NCBI RefSeq assembly: GCF_009914755.1
Contig: NC_060937.1
DNA length: 64,000 bases
From: the human T2T-CHM13v2.0 reference genome, Homo sapiens
Strand: one strand, 5' to 3'
Shown piece by piece: positions 54,934 to 64,000 of this stretch (positions are counted from its first letter, which is position 1; each line of letters begins with the position of its first letter). The notes under the pieces are model-generated. The model saw only the letters and a list, made by a program, of their open reading frames with translations. It ran no database searches and was not told the DNA's origin. The translations under genes were made by a program, and so were the position numbers.

Positions 54934-55559
54934 TAAATGCATGGTTCTTAAATGTGTAAGTATAGTGTTACTAGACAGAAGGCCATGTGAAATAAGAAAT
55001 GTGAGGTTGAGAAGGATGAGAAGAGAGCCCCAAGGTTTGCGAATTTCACTTTGCTACCCAGGAAAAATTACAAGCCCACAAAGACGTTTTATCTTAAAAC
55101 CTACCACTAGTAACTCTAAAATAGCATTAATTTTTCTTAGAATATTTCCAACTGTCGTTAGAAAGGTCTTCCATCTGGGCGCTCCTTGAAAGCATGGCTC
55201 CTTGAAAGCAATGTCCGCGTTACGGGGCATTGGAGAATATTTAGACCAAGATGAGCGACTTCCTTCCTAATGAAACTGACAACCAGACTGAGTTCAGGAT
55301 CACTTTACTCAAAGGATATAATCTCGGTAAATCCTTTAAGAAAGCAGTCATATCACGTTTTTATGTATTTTTGAAGTAGGAGGAAATGTTTGAATAAATA
55401 CCTGAAAATCACTCATGTTGAAACCTATTTTTAAGCTAATATCTGGAGTTACAAAAAACGATATGATAGGATCCCCCAAATTTTAAAAATAGAAAATGTT
55501 AAATTTTCTTTTCAGAACAACAAAATAATGTGTGGATTTACAAGTCGCAAATTTTTTAA

Positions 55560-55897
<338 letters not shown>

Positions 55898-55912
55898 TTA
55901 ACCTTGTTTTTC

Positions 55913-56076
55913 TTTTTTTTTATTATTATACTTTAAGTTTTAGGGTACATGTGCACAACGTGCAGGTTAGTTACATATGTATACATGTGCCATGTTGGTG
56001 TGCTGCACCCAGTAACTCGTCATTTAACATTAGGTGTACCTCCAAATGCTATCCCTCCCCCCTCCCCCCTCCCCCC
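55913..56076 (-). mobile_element. Young L1PA 3'-end insertion (~165 bp, 5'-truncated)
   Basis: ttattattatactttaagttttagggtacatgtgcacaacgtgcaggttagttac..., with TSD aa[c/t]cttgtttttc. Confidence 0.92.
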
Positions 56077-56223
56077 AATCTTGTTTTTCAAATATTTGCC
56101 AAGTTGAAAGAAGATGAAAGGCTGAGCTCCTGTCTGCAGCCATTATAATAGCATATTTTACTATTATTATTCCTAACCTTAAGCATGTACCAACTTTCAA
56201 GGGAGAGAGGAAAACGTTTGGGG

Positions 56224-56228
56224 AAAAA

Positions 56229-56275
<47 letters not shown>

Positions 56276-56320
56276 TATATATATATACACACATATATAT
56301 ATATACACATATATATATAC
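56224..56320. repeat. Compound (A)n(TA)n(CA)n microsatellite
   Basis: Directly visible runs. Confidence 0.95.
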
Positions 56321-56569
56321 AGTAGAGATTTGCAGGATGAAAATAAACACTTCTATAACCACACCTCGAAACCAATGTCTTATTCAAGTCATATATAATA
56401 AATATCATACTGTTTTCACTTGATTTGGATATCCAGACCCCAATTTTTCAAGGACCTGAAAAATTATGTATTAATAATACTAACAGTTAACAATATTCCT
56501 TATTTTGTCAATGGAAACCATTCGCATTGAGATGCTGGTGATGTTTGTTTTCATTTCCTATAATTTTAA

Positions 56570-57000
<431 letters not shown>

Positions 57001-58464
57001 TAAGAAGTGTTTCCTACTTGACACTAACCTAAAACATTTTCCAACACTGGATTTTCCAAGCTTCATAACCATCAATTTGCAAATAAATCCCCCAACAATC
57101 CCATGAGGAAAAAGCCACAGGGACACATGGAAAATGACAGATATGGCGGGAGACTCGGCAGAACGGAGGTCTGCAGGAACCCCTGCTGATGGCTCTTCAT
57201 TAGCCAACAGATTTTCCTCTTCAAACATAAATGCAGCGCAGGAAAACGAAGTTGAGAAATAATTGTGTATTGAATGGTATGGTGGGTTCCTAGACTCTGG
57301 CAGGACCCGAACCCCAGTGATGTCATGTTGTTCCTTGGTTGAGTAAGCTGCGTGTCACCTCCTCTTTGAAGCCTTCCCTGACCACCCTCCCCAGCCACTG
57401 CTTTGTGCTCCCACTGGACCCCGTGCAGCCTTCGCTTACAGAACCCGTGAACTGTCCGCACTCATTGGCTTCTATATTTGAATCCCTGGCTATAGAGCAA
57501 ACACCTTGAGAGTGGCAGTGAGCGTCTCTGTCACTCCCCATCCACTGCCACTCCTGGTCGTCCTTGTAGAGAATGTTGAATGAACAGAAGCTTGGGTTCT
57601 CCAGAATCCTTGTTTTGCTCTCTAAATCCCATTTAGCACATTTAGCCTCGAGCTACTTGCCATTTCCAACAAGGATGAATCAAGCCTTTGGATTTTCTAA
57701 CAAAGACGTGTGTGGTGGGAAATACAGGCCATTGATACCCAACATCAGGGAGGAAGCCAGGAGTGAAGAAGAGCGTGGGCGTGCTGGGAGAGGGTGGAAA
57801 GTGGGCAGATGGGAGGAGGCAATGCTGAAGATGTCACTGGAGTGAGTGGAAGTCGTGCAAAGGTATGGGGAAGCCACATGGGGATCGGAGAGGGAGTGGG
57901 GGATGTTTCCCCCTGTTGCAGCTGGTGCTTCAGGCACACAGGTGTTGGTCCTGAACAACCCATACCCAGGCCGTCTGGGGCCTTCCCTTCTGCCCCGGCC
58001 TGCCTGGTCTCTGCTGCCAGAGCAAGGTCTGCAGCTTCCGATCTCCCCGCCTTTCCCAAATATGCACGCCCTGTACCGCCTTCCCAGGCTCCGTGCCAGG
58101 CGGCAGCAGCCACTGTGCTCACACTCATGTGTCGTGTCTCTCCTCCCAGGTAACTTGTTTCCGTGTTAACAGGTAATCTTCCTGCTGAGGATGTCAGGCA
58201 ACATGCCAACCTGGGAACGACCACCTTTGGGGCCAGATGGACATTTTGGTGCCCATGCAATCCCATTGCCAAGGTTACCACCTGTCTTCAAATAGGGCCC
58301 ACCCAACAGAGTGAAGAATCTAGCGAGCGACCACTTGGTCCTACACACTCGAAGTATGAGTTCCTTAACAGAGGGACAATTATTCAGACTGGTGTCTTTT
58401 GTTTAGAGATGGACTCTTTAATGATGCCCTTACAGCCAGCCTCCCTCAATAAGTTACCACTTCG

Positions 58465-59292
58465 CACCCATTCGGGTGGCTATTTTCAGAAAAATGAAAA
58501 ATAAGTGTTGGCAAGGATGTGGAGAAATTGGAACCTTTGTGCACTACTGGCCAGAATGTAAAATGGTGCAGCTAGGCACACAGTGGCTCATGCCTGTATT
58601 CCCAGCACTTTAGGAGGCCAGGGTGGGAGGATCACTTGAAGCCAGGAGTTCAAGACCAGCCCAGGCAACATAACAAGACCCGTGTCTCAAAAAAAAAAAA
58701 AAAAAAAAAAAAGCTGCAGCTGCTTTGGAGAATAGTATGGCAGCTCCTCAAAAAATTAAACATAGAATTACCATATAATCTAGCAATTCTACCTCTGAGA
58801 ATATACTCAAAATAACCGAAAGCAGGGACTCAAACAGATATCTGTACACCCACGTTCATAGCAACATTATTCACAGTAGCCAAAAGGTAGAAGCAACCCA
58901 GGTGTCTATTGATGGATGGAGAAACAAAATGTGGTATACACATACAATGGAATATTATACAGCCTTAAAAAGGAAGGAAGTTCTGATGCACACTACAACA
59001 CAGATGAGCCTTGAAGACATGATGCTATGGGAAGCAAGCCAGGCACAAAAGGACAGAGACTGTATGATTCGAGTTATATGAGGTAACTGTAGTAGGCAGA
59101 TTCATAGAGACAGAAAGTAAGATCGTGGCTGCCAGGAGCTGGAGGAAGAATGAATGGCAGTTGTTGTTTAAAGGGAACAGAGCTTCAGTTTGGGATCATA
59201 AAAAACTTCTGGAAACAGATAGTGAGGATGGTTGCTCAACAGTGTGAATGTACGCAATGGCAATGAACTGTACTCTTAAAAATGGTTAAACT
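58465..59292 (+). mobile_element. L1MB ORF2-end/3'UTR fragment interrupted by FLAM_C (58571-58712)
   Basis: aagtgttggcaaggatgtggagaaattggaacc...ctcaaaaaattaaacatagaattaccatat...agagacagaaagt...gtactcttaaaaatggttaa. Confidence 0.9.
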
Positions 59293-59294
59293 GG

Positions 59295-59600
59295 GTTTTG
59301 TTTGGGGTTGGTTGGTTTGTTTTGAAACAGTCTCACTTTGTCGCCCAGGCTGAACTGCAGTGGTATGATCTCAGCTCACTGCAGCCTCAACTTCCAGGCT
59401 CAGGTGATCCTCCTGCCTCAGCCTCCAAAGTAGCTAGGACTACAGGTACACACTATCATGCCTGGCTAATTTTTCTATTTTTTTATAGAGATGGCGTTTC
59501 ACTATGTTGCTCAGGCTGGTCTCAAACTCCTGGAGTCAAGCAAGTCACCTGCTTCGGCCTCCCAAAGTGCTGGGATTACAGGTATGAGCCACCACACCTG
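59295..59600 (-). mobile_element. AluJ
   Basis: Reverse Alu with J diagnostics. Confidence 0.9.
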
Positions 59601-59628
59601 TTCTAAACTGGTGATTTTTATGTTATGC

Positions 59629-59897
59629 TTTTTTTTTTTCTTTTCTTTTTTTTTTTTTTTGAGTGGCTCACTGCAGCCTTGACCTCCTGGGCTCAGGTGA
59701 TCCTCCCACCTCGGCCTCCCAAGTAGCTGAGACCACAGGCATGCACCACCATGCTTGGCTAATTTTTTTTATTTATTTTAGAGATAAGGTCTCACTATGT
59801 TGCCCAGGCTGATCTCGAACTCCTGGACTCAAGCGATCCTCCCACCTCAGTCTCTCAAAATGCTAGGGTTACAGGTGTAAACCACCATGCCTGGCCT
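59629..59897 (-). mobile_element. AluJ with partly deleted right arm
   Basis: Poly-T then ggctcactgcagccttgacctcctgggctc... Confidence 0.88.
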
Positions 59898-60284
59898 GTT
59901 GCAAATATTTTATCACTGTAAAAAAAATTTTTAAACATCAATACCCCTTCTTTGCAGCCCTAAACCCAATTTGACTGTCCATGTGCCCTCCCAGAGCAAT
60001 CATCTGGGGCCTGACACCCCACCCACAGCCCTCCAGGTGCCCTGCCTGCCTCTAGCATGGAGTGGGCCTCTCTGCCCCATGATTCTGGCCATCCCAGCTG
60101 GGGCTGTTGCCCATCTCTGGAGGGTTGAAACCTCAGCCTTCCCCACAGACCTCGCAGTGGCCTGGGCTTCTGCCTCTGTGGCCTGTGCTCGTGCTCCAAC
60201 TCCAGCCCCTAAAGCCCAGGAGTAGACCTTATGAGACACTCAAACACAATTTCCATCTTCATCCTCCGATAATGCCCTAGACAT

Positions 60285-60470
60285 GTGTTCAGTGCTTATT
60301 ATGGGTTAGGCACAGTACTGAACCTCATTTAATTCTCACAACAATCCAACAAACTAGTTCTTATTGTTACCATCATCCCATTTTACAGATGAAAAACCCG
60401 AGGCTTGGAGACTCAGTAATTTGCCCAAGGTCCCAAAGCCAGGAAGGGGCCAATTCAGGATATGAAACGA
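60285..60470 (-). mobile_element. MIR
   Basis: ctcatttaattctcacaacaatcc...cccattttacagatgaaaaacccgaggc. Confidence 0.85.
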
Positions 60471-61879
60471 GCATTCTCTTTCATGGCCCATGTTCAGCTA
60501 GGGTCCCACACCATGAGAAATCATTCATAAACTTAAATCCTGACGGGATCATCTTAATGCTTGCCCCCACTGATGCTAACATGCATATTTAGGAGAAAAG
60601 AGAAAATGTTTGCTATACTCTGGCTAGTGCTCACTCCTGAAAAAGAGATTGCAGAAGACGAGATGCAAACTAGAAGTCCCAATCTGTATAGAAATAACAA
60701 GTCCCCACATGACCAGATCATAATAGCCCACTCTAGGAAATTCCAAGGCTACAGGCTCAAAGCTGATTATTTCTGAGTTTTCAACAACAGCTTCATCGGC
60801 CTGTTAGCCTGAAACCCCAGCATCTAATTTGTGATCTTAGGAAAGCTTGTTAGGAAAGCTAGTTAGAGGAAAGCAGCAAGTACAATCCAACTCCGGTCTT
60901 TCCCAAACACAGATCGGTGTGACCCAGCTGCCTCACCGGCGAGCAGGCAGCACGCAGGTGTTTAATTTGGAATTTGATAGCTGCCTGAATTTCAAGGTCT
61001 CCTGTAGGTGCACAAAAAGTACTCAATGGCCACTGGCAGAAATTCTTAGAAAAACAACCCTCCCCGTTGTTGGAATCACAACCGCCACTTTCACTCCCCG
61101 CCTCCCTGTCGGTGAAGAGGCTGTTTCGGCTTGAATTACGGGGGCCCGTGTGGACTACCTGCGGTACCAATACGCCTGTGACAATGGATACCCTTTTGCC
61201 GGCCATCCGGTGTTATTTCAGACACTGTTGGACAGATGGGCTGTGTTCCGAGTGGGGAAGAGTGGAAATGTTTTATAGGGCTTGTCAGCTCACTGCACAC
61301 AAAATGTGTTCTGCCGCGTTTCCAGGATGGGGGCTGAATTGGGGCAGAAGGCTTCTGGATATGAAAAATGGTTTCTTCCCTGGCGTCTTCTCTGTGGTCT
61401 CTGGGCCTGGGCATCACTGTGGGGGTCTGTTTTCCGCTGGGTCCCCGCACAGCCCGCGTCTCTGCCTTGTGCTGGGCATGTGTTTGCAGCTTGGCGGCTG
61501 TTGGACACAAGACATCCATTCTCGTACTGACACAGCCCAGTGACTCACGCGGGCTGGACGAGGAAGCACAGAGCATTTGACAAGCAGAAACAACTGAATT
61601 CCTTTTGGACCGGTGAGGAAATGATACCCCAATGGGCTTGATCTCACCATTTGGTTTGAAGTGGGGAGCCCCCACGAGCTCACCATGGGAGGCCACCCGC
61701 ATATCATCCCAGCCAGCCACCATCATTAATTCTAAGCAGAAGAGGAGCCAGGCAGGTGTTCAGGGAGCGGCAGGAAGCGGCAGGAAGAGGTATAAGGAGA
61801 TGATTGTTTTGAGACCATACTGGATGTGAAAAAAATAAATCATTCAAACCAAAGACTTGAAGGGAGAGGCAGTCTCATT

Positions 61880-62927
<1,048 letters not shown>

Positions 62928-63129
62928 AATAGTACATTTTAAATAGAAGGAAATGAACTTTTCGTTTGTCCATTGTGCAGACAGGTAACACAGAATTCAC
63001 ATTGCGATAGCAAACCTAGCTCCTAAAACAGTGTGGAATCAAAACAAAGGACAGGAGGAATAAGTCCAAGTGCTGTGCTGAAGAGCACAGTGTCCATAGT
63101 CAACAGCAACCACCGCAGCCCTAAAAATC

Positions 63130-63280
63130 ACTACGAGAGTAGATTTCAAGTGTCCTCACCACAAAAACTGATGACTATGTATTAGCCAATTTAACCATTC
63201 CTCAGTGTATACGTATTTCAGAACATTGTGCTGTACATGATGAATATATATAATTTTTGTCAAAAATAAATTTTTAAAAA
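63130..63280 (+). mobile_element. L1MA-type 3'-end fragment
   Basis: gagagtagatttcaagtgtcctcaccacaaaaa...ttaaccattcctcagtgtatacgtatttcagaacattgtgctgtac. Confidence 0.75.
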
Positions 63281-63484
63281 ACAAAACTTGATGACACCTA
63301 CTGCCTCAAAACAGACTCTCACCAAGCCCCCCATGACTGTGGCCACCTGCATCAGAATACAGGTACCTGTGACACAAGGTGAGTTAGAGAACCATCTAGG
63401 GCTTCCAGGTGCCAGGACCTCACCAGACTCATTTTATTATTATTATTTTTTTTTTGAGATAGCTCTCACACAGGCTGGAGCTAA

Positions 63485-63996
<512 letters not shown>

Positions 63997-64000
63997 TAGT

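Overview
Primate genomic DNA, almost certainly human (chr13q32.3 by recognition of the gene). The + strand carries the 3' half of CLYBL (mitochondrial citramalyl-CoA lyase / citrate lyase beta-like). Three coding exons (1109-1276, 5808-5932, 26189-26284 to the stop) splice in frame to the known C-terminus ending ...ATSIKEK (340 aa). A short 3'UTR intron follows, then a proximal terminal exon (~27314-27440) and candidate distal UTR exons (40144-40279, 42930-~44320). The allele is the intact Arg259 (CGA) form and encodes Val241. Downstream is an orphan CpG island (~29780-31550), several repeat-free motif-dense blocks resembling developmental enhancers (the ZIC5/ZIC2 cluster lies further downstream, from recall), three minisatellites and many Alu, L1, MIR, L2 and MER5 copies. 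Nearly all supplied ORFs are Alu-derived or chance ORFs. I found no prokaryote-type or demonstrably new genetic system. The best new hypotheses are a recursive-splice-like start of exon 7 coupled to a fully open alternative frame in exon 8, and competing 3'-end/NMD architecture around the CpG island. Repeat boundaries and subfamilies are by eye and approximate.
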